NCBI GenBank assembly: GCA_963783575.1
Contig: CAWAOD010000008.1
Span: 1-54,144 of the forward strand
From: an uncultured Spirochaetota bacterium
Lineage (GTDB): Bacteria > Spirochaetota > Brevinematia > Brevinematales > JAOACQ01
DNA: 54,144 nucleotides
Direction: 5' to 3'
Both the position numbers and the translations under genes were made by a program. Of this stretch, positions 43,309 to 52,276 are shown piece by piece. The first letter of the stretch is position 1. Every line of letters starts with the position of its first letter. The notes beneath the pieces are model-generated. The model was not told where the DNA came from. It worked only from the letters and a program-made list of their open reading frames with translations, and made no database searches.

Positions 43309-46134
43309 TCATTTCCGTAACTCATTTATTTTTTGTATGGTTTCGCCTAATTTCATATAAGTGTATGGTTTAAATAAAGTGCCTGAAAATCCGTATAGTT
43401 TTGGATTGGACATAACGGGGTCATCGGAGTAACCGCTTGTTGCTATCGCCCTGATGCCGGGGTTTATTTCCAATAATCTTGACAGAGCTTCCACGCCGCT
43501 CATTCCGCCCTGTATTGTGAGGTCCAGGATCACCAAATCATAAGGGAATCCGTCTGTTAGAGCTTTTTTATAGAGTTCAATGGCTTCCTTTCCGTCAGAA
43601 GCAGTGTCAGCCGTATATCCCATATTTGTCAGCATTTTTATAGTCAGATTTCGTAAAAAATCCATATCATCCATAACGAGTATCTTTCCATGTCCGCTGA
43701 ATACTACCGATGTTGATTTTTCAATACCCGGCTTTGATTTCTTAACTGCCGGCAGATAAATATAAAAGGTGGTTCCCTTTCCCACTTCAGAATCCAGATC
43801 TATAAAACCCTCATGCTTCTTAATAATGGAATATGTAGATGTAAGGCCAAGTCCGCTTCCATTTTGCTTTGTAGTAAAGAACGGGTCGTATATTTTTTTT
43901 TGATTTTCTAATGAAATACCAAAACCATTATCCTTAATTGATATTTTGACATAATTACCGGATTCGAGAGGTATATTTATTCCTGAAGTTATCACTACAT
44001 TTTCTACCTTGATATTAATAGTTCCTCCGTCAGGCATGGCCTGTTTTGCATTGATTACAATGTTGTCAATAACCTGTCCGATCTGATTCTCATCGATATC
44101 GCATGACCAGAGGTCTTCAGGAACATCAAATTCGCATTTGATATTTGTTCCGCTTAAGACAAAGAAGACATTGTCTTTGATAAATTTTGTTATGGTTAAA
44201 ATCCTTTTAACCGGCATTCCACCCTTGGAAAAAGTCAAAAGCTGATGAGTAAGGTCTTTTGCCATATTCCACACATTTAATGCATGAGAAAGCATTTCCG
44301 ATGCCTCGTCATTCGAAGTAAGATATTCCCGTGCCATTTCTATGTAACCGAAAATCCCTGTTAAAAGATTGTTGAAATCATGAGCGATGCCTCCGGCAAG
44401 CATTCCAATGGACTCGAGTTTCTGAGCATTAAAAATTTTTTCTTCAAGTCTCTTTTTATCCGTAATATCACGGAAAACAAGTACAACACCGATAATATTG
44501 TTTTTACTATCCCGGATAGGGGCTCCGCTATCTGAAATACTCATTTCCCTGCCTTCTTTGGAAATAAGAAGGGTATGGCTGGAAAGGCCGACTATTTCTC
44601 CCGTATATATAACTTTTTCAATTGGGTTCTCACTTTTTTTCCGGGTTTTTTCATTAATTATTTTGAAAACCTCAGTCAGTTGTTTTCCTTCGGATTCTGC
44701 AAGGCTCCAGCCCGTTAAATCTTCGGCCACATTGTTCATCAAAACAATTCTTCCGTTTATATCTGTGGCAATAACTCCGTCGCCTATACTTTTAAGAGTT
44801 ACAGATAACCGCTCTTTTTCAGTAGCCAGATTCTGTTCGGCAATCTTTCTCGGTTCTATATTCTCTACCATAATAATCATAAATTTCGGGTTGTTGAAAA
44901 CATCCCTGGCAAATGATCCGGTAATATGAACCCATAAAGGTTTTCCATCTTTACGGATATATCTTTTCTCAAAACGGATTATCTCAGTTCTTCCTTCAAT
45001 GATCTCTTTATATATTTTTAAATTTTCCTCTACATCATCGGGATGGGTCATTTCATCAAATGTTAATTCCATCAGTTCATTTTCAGAATAAGCTACCAGA
45101 TCCTGGAAAGTCCGGTTTGCCCGGATAAAACGCCTGGTGCCCGGATCTGTAAGCGCTATTCCCAAAGCCGAACATTCAAATATAGCCCGGAAGAGATTTT
45201 CACTCTCACGCAGAGCATTTTCAGTGAGTTTGCGCTTGGCAATATCTTCCGTAAGCTCTATATTTGTTGTTATTAACTGTTCCGTTCTTTCCCGGACGCT
45301 TTTTTCAAGCTCCAGGTTCAGCTTCTGGATTTTATTTTCACTCTGCTTTCTCTCAGAAATATCAGAAAAAACTACAACTATAAACTTTTCACCAATACTA
45401 TTGGTATAAAGATTTTTTTTAGTGAGAATGATATGTGTTTTACCGCCCGCATCGGTAAATTCCTCTTCATTGATATTTTCCTTTCCTGTATCAAAAACTA
45501 TTTCATCCTTTTCCCAGAAAATATCGGCCTGGTATTTTGGAAAGAAGTCATAATCCGATTTTCCGAGCAGCTCTTCCCTGCTGTAACCGATGAAAGTACA
45601 ATGCGCGTCGTTTGACAGCACCCATTGATGCTGACTGTCCTTAACGCAGACCGGATCAGCTATAGTATTGATTATCTTATTTAGATATTCCTTTGAATCG
45701 AAAAGGGCTTTTTCAGTTTTTACCAGCTCATTAATCTTGCTTATGGAAACTTCCTTTTCATATATCAATTCTTCCGATTGCCGCTTTATCTTATCGAGGA
45801 GTTCTTTTATTAAACCGGCAGTGTATCCAATGATAACCTGAACGATACCGAAAGGGATGCTTTTTATAAACTGATCCCAATTGAATTCTCTATTTGTGAT
45901 AAGTAAAAAAATCGTGATTATATAGAATAAAAAACCGGTAAAAGCGCCGGTTATTAAGCCGAAAAACAGGCCGGAAACCGCGATTGGTATTAAGGCAAAT
46001 AATGCCGTGAGATATCCGGCCGTTGTAAAAAACAATTGAAAAAATCCGATAAAGCAGGCCGCGATCAATAAAATAATAATAATCTTGAAGGGAATAAACG
46101 TGAAAAGTTTAAACAAGAATTGCCGGAAATTCAT
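43309..46134 (-). CDS. hybrid multi-PAS sensor kinase / response regulator
   Basis: TM region, three PAS domains, GIAHDFNNLL, FFTTK, receiver domain ILVMDD..ILDLTI. Confidence 0.93.
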   Translation of the reverse strand: MNFRQFLFKLFTFIPFKIIIILLIAACFIGFFQLFFTTAGYLTALFALIPIAVSGLFFGLITGAFTGFLFYIITIFLLITNREFNWDQFIKSIPFGIVQVIIGYTAGLIKELLDKIKRQSEELIYEKEVSISKINELVKTEKALFDSKEYLNKIINTIADPVCVKDSQHQWVLSNDAHCTFIGYSREELLGKSDYDFFPKYQADIFWEKDEIVFDTGKENINEEEFTDAGGKTHIILTKKNLYTNSIGEKFIVVVFSDISERKQSENKIQKLNLELEKSVRERTEQLITTNIELTEDIAKRKLTENALRESENLFRAIFECSALGIALTDPGTRRFIRANRTFQDLVAYSENELMELTFDEMTHPDDVEENLKIYKEIIEGRTEIIRFEKRYIRKDGKPLWVHITGSFARDVFNNPKFMIIMVENIEPRKIAEQNLATEKERLSVTLKSIGDGVIATDINGRIVLMNNVAEDLTGWSLAESEGKQLTEVFKIINEKTRKKSENPIEKVIYTGEIVGLSSHTLLISKEGREMSISDSGAPIRDSKNNIIGVVLVFRDITDKKRLEEKIFNAQKLESIGMLAGGIAHDFNNLLTGIFGYIEMAREYLTSNDEASEMLSHALNVWNMAKDLTHQLLTFSKGGMPVKRILTITKFIKDNVFFVLSGTNIKCEFDVPEDLWSCDIDENQIGQVIDNIVINAKQAMPDGGTINIKVENVVITSGINIPLESGNYVKISIKDNGFGISLENQKKIYDPFFTTKQNGSGLGLTSTYSIIKKHEGFIDLDSEVGKGTTFYIYLPAVKKSKPGIEKSTSVVFSGHGKILVMDDMDFLRNLTIKMLTNMGYTADTASDGKEAIELYKKALTDGFPYDLVILDLTIQGGMSGVEALSRLLEINPGIRAIATSGYSDDPVMSNPKLYGFSGTLFKPYTYMKLGETIQKINELRK

Positions 46135-46351
46135 AGAATTTTGTCCTCAATATTATCATTGGCAAATTCTCATGGGAAATATACTTTTCTTATACTAGGC
46201 CGCATTTAAAACGAGAGTTAACGAACTATTAAATACTTATACTGAGTTATTTATTAGTATTATTTTGATTACAACTCAGTATCAGGATTGATTTTTATGA
46301 TAAGATTCCTTTACTTTATTAATTAAAGAATATAAGGAGCTTTTAATTTTG

Positions 46352-47851
46352 TCAAATATTTTTATCTATCAGAAAACTGCAAAATATTCCTGCTATTTTA
46401 TTCAAATAATAATTTCGGGCCGTTTCAGGGTTTATATCTGAAATATTTTCCCTTGTGAAAACCTTTCGGCAAATATCAGAATCCGGGTTCTTAATTTCTC
46501 CTTCAATTGATTTCAATAACCGCGCGATCTTTGATTTTAATCCATCGATTTTTATAAAGCTATTTTTTATCATATCAGTGGATTTAATTTTATCTCTTCC
46601 TGAAAAAAGAAATTCAGGATGATCAAAAGTTAACCTTTTTATATTTTTGAAAGACCCGTCATTTCCTATGTAATAATTTCCCCCAAACATATTTTCAGCC
46701 GTTTCCTTAACCATTAAGAATTGTTTATTTGTAAAAAGACCTTCATCAAGCGGCATGATGTCTCTTCTTTTAAGAAATGAGGATAAATGGTTTAAAAGCG
46801 GGTTTAACCTGTTAATAATATTCTCCCTATAGTAGATAAGGGCATTTCCGGAGCTGTGAGAGCCATGTTTTATAGAATAGGAGAGATCAAATCCGCAGAA
46901 TATTACGGGTCCTGTTGAAAATCTATTTGCCAGTAAACCTGCGTCAATAGTCACCGAAGGAAATTTTAACTGTAAAGCAGGTCTATCAATTTCATCATTA
47001 AGGTCGTAAAATATTACAGGATTTCTAATTGAAGAAAGAAAAGCGCTGCTTGAATAAACGCTTGCAAAAACCGGAATATCAGCCGGCAAACAAAAGCCAT
47101 GAAGCTTATTGGCGGCGCCGGCATCGCTTATTACTATAAAATCAGGCTTGATACCGTAGTTAATAAGTGTTTGCGTCGCAGAAAGGACGCTGAATATTAT
47201 CATCCTGCCTTGATTCTTTTTAATGTCCGCAGCAGCGCTGTTTAATGAAGGGCCTGACGCGGCTATTACAACCGGCAGATTCAAATCTTTATTACCTAAA
47301 TAGTTTTCAATTTTATTGTCAAGAAAAAATCTATTACTTTGGTCTGAAGAAGAGGATAGATTTCTTATGAAATTAATAAACCAGACCTTTGAAAAATAGG
47401 CGCTGACCTTGAGATTTTCAACTGATGCCGCAAGCTCACTTTTGATGCGTTCAATAAAGTTCTGATAAATATCCGGATATGCTCTTTTAAAGGATTCCAG
47501 GGCAATAATAATGGGCTTTTTCCTTGAGAAAAGCTTCTTTTCGAATGCTTCGGATATGCTTGAACTTAAATGAAAAATCTTAACATCGGAATAGTTCTTT
47601 AACAAATATTCTTCTAGAATTTTATCAGGCTCAAATATAAATATATCTTCCTGAGCAACTCCCTTATTTTTCAAGGCTTCGATCTGATAGCCGAGACAGG
47701 CGCTGAATAAAATAAAGAAATGATTTTCCGGGGCAATATTATTCCTTTCAAGATTTTTATTAACATCCTCAGGATGAGAGGGGCTCAGCAGGAAGACGCC
47801 GTCTTTTTTTATGGTCTTTCCACCGTTTTTTGCCGTTATAATTTCCGTCAC
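46352..47851 (-). CDS. DUF115 / Maf (MptE-like) protein
   Basis: VVIAASGPSL, GIKPDFIVISD, FCGFDLS. Confidence 0.8.
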   Translation of the reverse strand: MTEIITAKNGGKTIKKDGVFLLSPSHPEDVNKNLERNNIAPENHFFILFSACLGYQIEALKNKGVAQEDIFIFEPDKILEEYLLKNYSDVKIFHLSSSISEAFEKKLFSRKKPIIIALESFKRAYPDIYQNFIERIKSELAASVENLKVSAYFSKVWFINFIRNLSSSSDQSNRFFLDNKIENYLGNKDLNLPVVIAASGPSLNSAAADIKKNQGRMIIFSVLSATQTLINYGIKPDFIVISDAGAANKLHGFCLPADIPVFASVYSSSAFLSSIRNPVIFYDLNDEIDRPALQLKFPSVTIDAGLLANRFSTGPVIFCGFDLSYSIKHGSHSSGNALIYYRENIINRLNPLLNHLSSFLKRRDIMPLDEGLFTNKQFLMVKETAENMFGGNYYIGNDGSFKNIKRLTFDHPEFLFSGRDKIKSTDMIKNSFIKIDGLKSKIARLLKSIEGEIKNPDSDICRKVFTRENISDINPETARNYYLNKIAGIFCSFLIDKNI

Positions 47852-47930
47852 AAAAACCTCTATAATCTTTTTTACAGGAAAAAGAAATCAAAGCCTCTTT
47901 TTGCCGCAGAGCCGCGGCAATAGTGGCTTT

Positions 47931-47966
47931 CCTACCTTCTTTCTGGACGATCAGAAAGAAGGTAGG
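47931..47966. repeat. 15-bp-stem palindrome
   Basis: CCTACCTTCTTTCTG-GACGAT-CAGAAAGAAGGTAGG. Confidence 0.7.
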
Positions 47967-48388
47967 CGAAGAAAGAATCGCCCTACGCGGTTTCCATATC
48001 GTAGATATAATATTGTAAGATGTTGCATTATCCGATTTATTGATAAATCCTCTTTTATTATTACAATAGCGTCTCACCAAAACATCCTGTTTTGATTCGG
48101 CGCTGACGCACATCCTGTGCTAACTTAATTTACAACCTCTTATTTTTAAAAAGCAGATAATGCGCTTTATTATTTAAGTATATTTGTTTCCTTTATACAA
48201 AATCACAGGAAACCGCTGCGGGGCAGGGAACGGAGCTGAAAAAGCAACAGCGCAACCTTCGCGGCTTGGTTCCTGAGCGGAGTCGAAGGGCCAGGCCGCT
48301 TTGTAACCTGTGGTGTACAAAATTTGCATCCTGGTTCAGCACCTGCCTTTTTTCATCCGCCGGGAAATTCGGCCTTCGTAAACTCGCT

Positions 48389-48423
48389 CCCCCGCTTTCT
48401 AACACAAACCAAACCACATCTAT
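48389..48423. repeat. conserved inter-gene spacer, copy A (core only)
   Basis: CCCCCGCTTTCTAACACAAACCAAACCACATCTAT matches copies B and C. Confidence 0.8.
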
Positions 48424-48487
48424 TATGCTAACCCCCTCGGGCTATTTTATGACAGACTTGACTGTTATGCGATGCGGACGGCCAAAT

Positions 48488-48790
48488 TTAAGCCAGTTCT
48501 AATTCTTTAATGTTATGAATTGACTCAAGAATCTTCTTGATTTCAATTTTTTCTTCTCTTAAATCATATTCCATTTGTAATCCAAGCCAGAATTCAGCAG
48601 AATTACCAAAAAATTTTGATAATCTTAAAGCTGTATCCGGTGATATTCTTCTTCTAAACTTGAGAATTTCTGCAATTCTAGTGACAGGCATATGAGTCTC
48701 TTTTGCAAGTCTATATGCAGTAATATGAAAAGGTTTTAAAAACTCTTCGTCTAAGATTTCACCAGGGTGGATATTCGGTAATTTATTCAT
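48488..48790 (-). CDS. higA: HigA family antitoxin
   Basis: IHPGEILDEEFL, TALRLSKFFGNSAEFWLGLQ. Confidence 0.93.
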   Translation of the reverse strand: MNKLPNIHPGEILDEEFLKPFHITAYRLAKETHMPVTRIAEILKFRRRISPDTALRLSKFFGNSAEFWLGLQMEYDLREEKIEIKKILESIHNIKELELA

Positions 48791-48802
48791 AATAAACCTC
48801 TT

Positions 48803-48946
48803 TTAATGATAATCTGCTATTTCAACATCATGAGCATTGTTTTCTATCCAACGAAAACAAATTCTCCATTGGTCATTTATTCTAATGCTAAATTGTCCTT
48901 GTTTATTCTTTTTTAATTTTTCAAGTTTATTCGCCCGGCTACTCAT
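48803..48946 (-). pseudogene. higB: 5'-truncated HigB/RelE toxin (C-terminal 47 aa)
   Basis: Hand translation MSSRANKLEKLKKNKQGQFSIRINDQWRICFRW..DVEIADYH; N-terminal half absent. Confidence 0.85.
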
Positions 48947-49063
48947 ATCCAATCTTCGTTAAACATTTAATTTTGTCATTTAAAGCAAAGCAATCGATTT
49001 CATCCACCTTGCTCCATCCATCCTTCCACCCCCGCTTTCTCATTCAAACCAAACCACGTCTAT
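48945..49063. repeat. conserved inter-gene spacer, copy B
   Basis: ATATCCAA..TCGTTAAACATT..TCATT..AAGCAA..CGATTTC plus CTTTCTCATTCAAACCAAACCAC, collinear with copy C. Confidence 0.85.
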
Positions 49064-49085
49064 CCTGCCAATTACAGAAAAAGAA

Positions 49086-49101
49086 CCGCCCGGAAGGGCG
49101 G
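49086..49101 (-). terminator. possible intrinsic terminator
   Basis: CCGCCC-GGAA-GGGCGG with a minus-strand U-rich tail. Confidence 0.5.
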
Positions 49102-49327
49102 GTTACTTATTAAAGTAATGTTCGGATACACATTCCGGTGTTCTCTCAATCGGGCAAAACTCGGCCTCCTGCCTTCGGTAGCAAGAATTGGAAACGTTAA
49201 ACTAATTTCCCAGGGTAGTTACAAACAGAATTCCCATGGCCGCCACAAATAGAAATCCCATACCTGTCACAAGAGTATTTCCCATAGTGGGAAATAAGGT
49301 TTACCTTTAATGAAAATACATTAAAGG

Positions 49328-50875
49328 ATGGCAGGAATGGTGAACAATATTATGTACCAGGAAATAAAAAAGTTGAAACTTTTGGGACGAAGTAAGAATC
49401 AGGTATCCCGGGAACTAATGATTGACATTAAAACGGTGCGGAAGTATTGGGGAATGAACGATCAGGAATACCAGAAAAGCCTGAATGAGTTTTCATACCG
49501 GGAAAAAGAATTTGACAGGTTAAAGAAAGATATTTTGGAAGTGTATGAAAAGAATGATTTCATCCACTTGAATGTATCATCGGTTCATGATTATCTTCTG
49601 GAAATAAAAGGAGAACTACCGGCGAACGAGAACACATTGAGAAATTTCGTGAACTATCTGATCGAAACCAGACAGCTCATACTCAATGGGAGGCAGCGGT
49701 ATTACACAAAAGTATCGGAACTGCCTTACGGAAGGCAGCTGCAGCTTGATTTCGGGCAATATACCGACCGATATGGAAGGAAATATTACATTTTTGCCGC
49801 GGTACTGTCAGCCAGCCGGTATAAATACGCGGCGCTACAAGAAGGGCCGTTCCGGACAGAAGATTTGATCGGCCATCTTCTGGATTGTTTCGGATATCTG
49901 GGAGGAATACCGGAGGAACTCGTCATCGACCAGGATTGTACGATGGTGGTAAGCGAGAACTCCGGGGATATAATTTACACGAAAGACTTTCAGTATTTCA
50001 TCGAAGAGATGGATTTAAAGATGTATGTTTGTCGCGGTGCAGACCCGGAAAGCAAAGGTAAAATTGAGAATGTAGTTAAATTCATCAAGTATAGTTTCTT
50101 TCCGGTAAGGGAATTTAACAGCATAGTGGAAGCAAGTGAAAGCCTGATGAAATGGCTGAAAAGGAAAGCCAATGGGAAGATTTCCCAGGCAACGATGAAA
50201 ATCCCGCTGATCGAGATAGAAACGGAAAGATTATCCTTGAGACCGCTCCGGAATTCGATATTTCGTAAAGACAGGATCGGCGCCAGGGAAGAACGAAGTG
50301 TAAGCGATAAATGCCGGATAGCGGTGGATACAAGCCAATATGATGTGCCGGAGATATACCGGAACGGTTCGGTGGATATTTACAAAACGGGAGATAAACT
50401 CTTTGTCTTTGACCGTCACAGCGGCCTGGAAATCGCAAAATACCCATTATCAGCGATTCCGGGACAGATCATCAGCAACCGGACAATGATCCGGGAAATG
50501 GGAACGACGGTTCAGAAGCTGAAGGATGAAGTAAGTGAATACTTTGAAATACCGGATTGGAAAGTATTTCTGGAAATAAATTTCAAACAGTTTCCACGAT
50601 ATGTCCGGGACCAGTGTCTTGCCGGGAGGAAATATTTTAAAGGGCAGGAAATCGATAGGGAAAAACTGGTTCAAGCTCTGAAAACGTGCATAGAAATTGG
50701 AAGTTATTCGATGAAGGATTTATGGGATAATTACCGGAATCAATTAAATATGGACCGGGATGAAATTCCATTAAAGATAGAGAAAATCATTAACCCGAGG
50801 CACGTTCTGGAAGTAGAAAAACCGGATATGGGAATGTACCGGAGCCTCTTTAAAACAATGGGGGGCCGGCAATGA
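49328..50875 (+). CDS. istA: IS21 transposase
   Basis: N-terminal HTH, QLDFG, VIDQD, ESKGKIENVV. Confidence 0.95.
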   Translation: MAGMVNNIMYQEIKKLKLLGRSKNQVSRELMIDIKTVRKYWGMNDQEYQKSLNEFSYREKEFDRLKKDILEVYEKNDFIHLNVSSVHDYLLEIKGELPANENTLRNFVNYLIETRQLILNGRQRYYTKVSELPYGRQLQLDFGQYTDRYGRKYYIFAAVLSASRYKYAALQEGPFRTEDLIGHLLDCFGYLGGIPEELVIDQDCTMVVSENSGDIIYTKDFQYFIEEMDLKMYVCRGADPESKGKIENVVKFIKYSFFPVREFNSIVEASESLMKWLKRKANGKISQATMKIPLIEIETERLSLRPLRNSIFRKDRIGAREERSVSDKCRIAVDTSQYDVPEIYRNGSVDIYKTGDKLFVFDRHSGLEIAKYPLSAIPGQIISNRTMIREMGTTVQKLKDEVSEYFEIPDWKVFLEINFKQFPRYVRDQCLAGRKYFKGQEIDREKLVQALKTCIEIGSYSMKDLWDNYRNQLNMDRDEIPLKIEKIINPRHVLEVEKPDMGMYRSLFKTMGGRQ

Positions 50876-51609
50876 TTAAAATTGTTTCACAACTGACGAC
50901 TCTTGGTCTCAAAGGGATGATTAAACGCCTTGATGAGGAACTCAGTGAAGCGGAAAAGTCGAAAGAATCCTATACCGGGTTTTTGGAAAGGCTGCTTGCA
51001 TCGGAATTGAATTATCGGGTGGATAAACGGTTCCAGAGGAATATGGCAGGAGCGCATTTCCCAGTCCGTAAGAATATCGATGCTTTTGAGTTCGGGAAAG
51101 TGAAAGGAATTTCTAAAAAGGAGATATCGGAGCTTCTGGATTTCCGGTGGTTGGATAATCATCATAATGTTTTGTTATTTGGCCCTCCAGGCCTTGGAAA
51201 AACGCATCTGGCGATAGGAATCGGAGTTAAAGCTGTCGAAAAGGGTTATATTGTGTGTTTTGAGCGGATGACTACACTGATAAAACTCTTGAAGACAGCA
51301 GATATCCAGAGAAGTTCTGTTTTCCGCCTGAATCGGATGATGAAAGCCGATCTTATCATCATCGATGAAATCGGTTATACACCGATTGAAAAGAAGGAGG
51401 CAAACCTGTTCTTTAACCTGGTGAGTGAAATGTATGAAAAGACATCGATATTGATTACATCGAATAAAGGATTTCAGGACTGGGCTGAAATGATGGGAGA
51501 TCCGATTATGACAACCGCTCTTCTCGACAGGCTATTACATCATTCCAGTATATTCAATCTGATTGGAGAATCTTACAGAATACAAAATTTAAAGAAGGAG
51601 GTTCAGTAG
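50872..51609 (+). CDS. istB: IS21 helper ATPase
   Basis: GPPGLGKTHLA, IIDEIGY, ALLDRLLHH, GESYR; overlaps the istA stop. Confidence 0.96.
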   Translation: MIKIVSQLTTLGLKGMIKRLDEELSEAEKSKESYTGFLERLLASELNYRVDKRFQRNMAGAHFPVRKNIDAFEFGKVKGISKKEISELLDFRWLDNHHNVLLFGPPGLGKTHLAIGIGVKAVEKGYIVCFERMTTLIKLLKTADIQRSSVFRLNRMMKADLIIIDEIGYTPIEKKEANLFFNLVSEMYEKTSILITSNKGFQDWAEMMGDPIMTTALLDRLLHHSSIFNLIGESYRIQNLKKEVQ

Positions 51610-52276
51610 CCAATTTCTGCCTACCCCCTGGGAAATACTACCGGTATGGGTATGGGAAAAACTCTTGTGATGGATATGGGAATTACCCTTGTGACAGGGG
51701 TGGGAAATTACCTTGTGACGGCTATGGGAAAAATCCTTGATTTTTCCAAGAATCGAACATTGATTTTTTCCGACCCTCAAGCGGGCACCCCGTCAAAAAT
51801 CAATGTTCTCAATGGTAAAAGCAACACTTTGCCCTCTGCGCCTGCCCTCGTAGCAGGCTTAGCGTAGCGGGGAGGAAACACCGGAATGTGTATCATAGCT
51901 TAATATTTTAATAAGTCTTGTTAAAAAGAACAGCCGGAAGAAAAATATTTGAATATTATTATTTATTATTTGTTTCTTTATACCAAATAGTTTTTCTTAA
52001 GTTATTTGTAGCGCCAATCATTTTATAATTATGAATATAGATAATTTTATTTGTTAGATAAATTATTTTATCCAAATAATTTACATTTGTTGTTTGATTT
52101 TTATCCTCATTTATAAAATTTTCATTTTCATTAATATAAACAAATTTATAAAAATAAGTTGTTATATTTCCACCTGGGAAAGGACCATCGATAATTTTAT
52201 TATTATCAATTTTTAAAATCCATAATTCATTATTAAATTGTAAATACCAATCAGAATAAATCTTTTCAAGTAATTC

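Larger units (their letters stand above)
49189..51748 (+). mobile_element. complete IS21-family insertion sequence (2560 bp)
   Basis: TGGAAA...TTTCCA ends, imperfect IRs, multiple subterminal repeats (GGGAA..CTTGTGA), 5-bp TSD AGAAT (49184-49188 / 51749-51753), istA-istB pair. Confidence 0.93.
49125..51894. repeat. 205-nt palindromic element split by IS21
   Basis: 18-bp perfect IR GATACACATTCCGGTGTT (49125-49142) / AACACCGGAATGTGTATC (51877-51894), plus inner stems. Confidence 0.8.

Noticed and set aside
48193..48502. ORFs 48193..48417 and 48266..48502
   Set aside because: They run through repeat and hairpin DNA and have no protein-like features
51620..51748. Short direct repeats resembling a mini-CRISPR, and ORFs 51589..51780 / 51646..51867
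   Set aside because: These are IS21 subterminal repeats mirrored at the left end; there are no unique spacers and no cas genes
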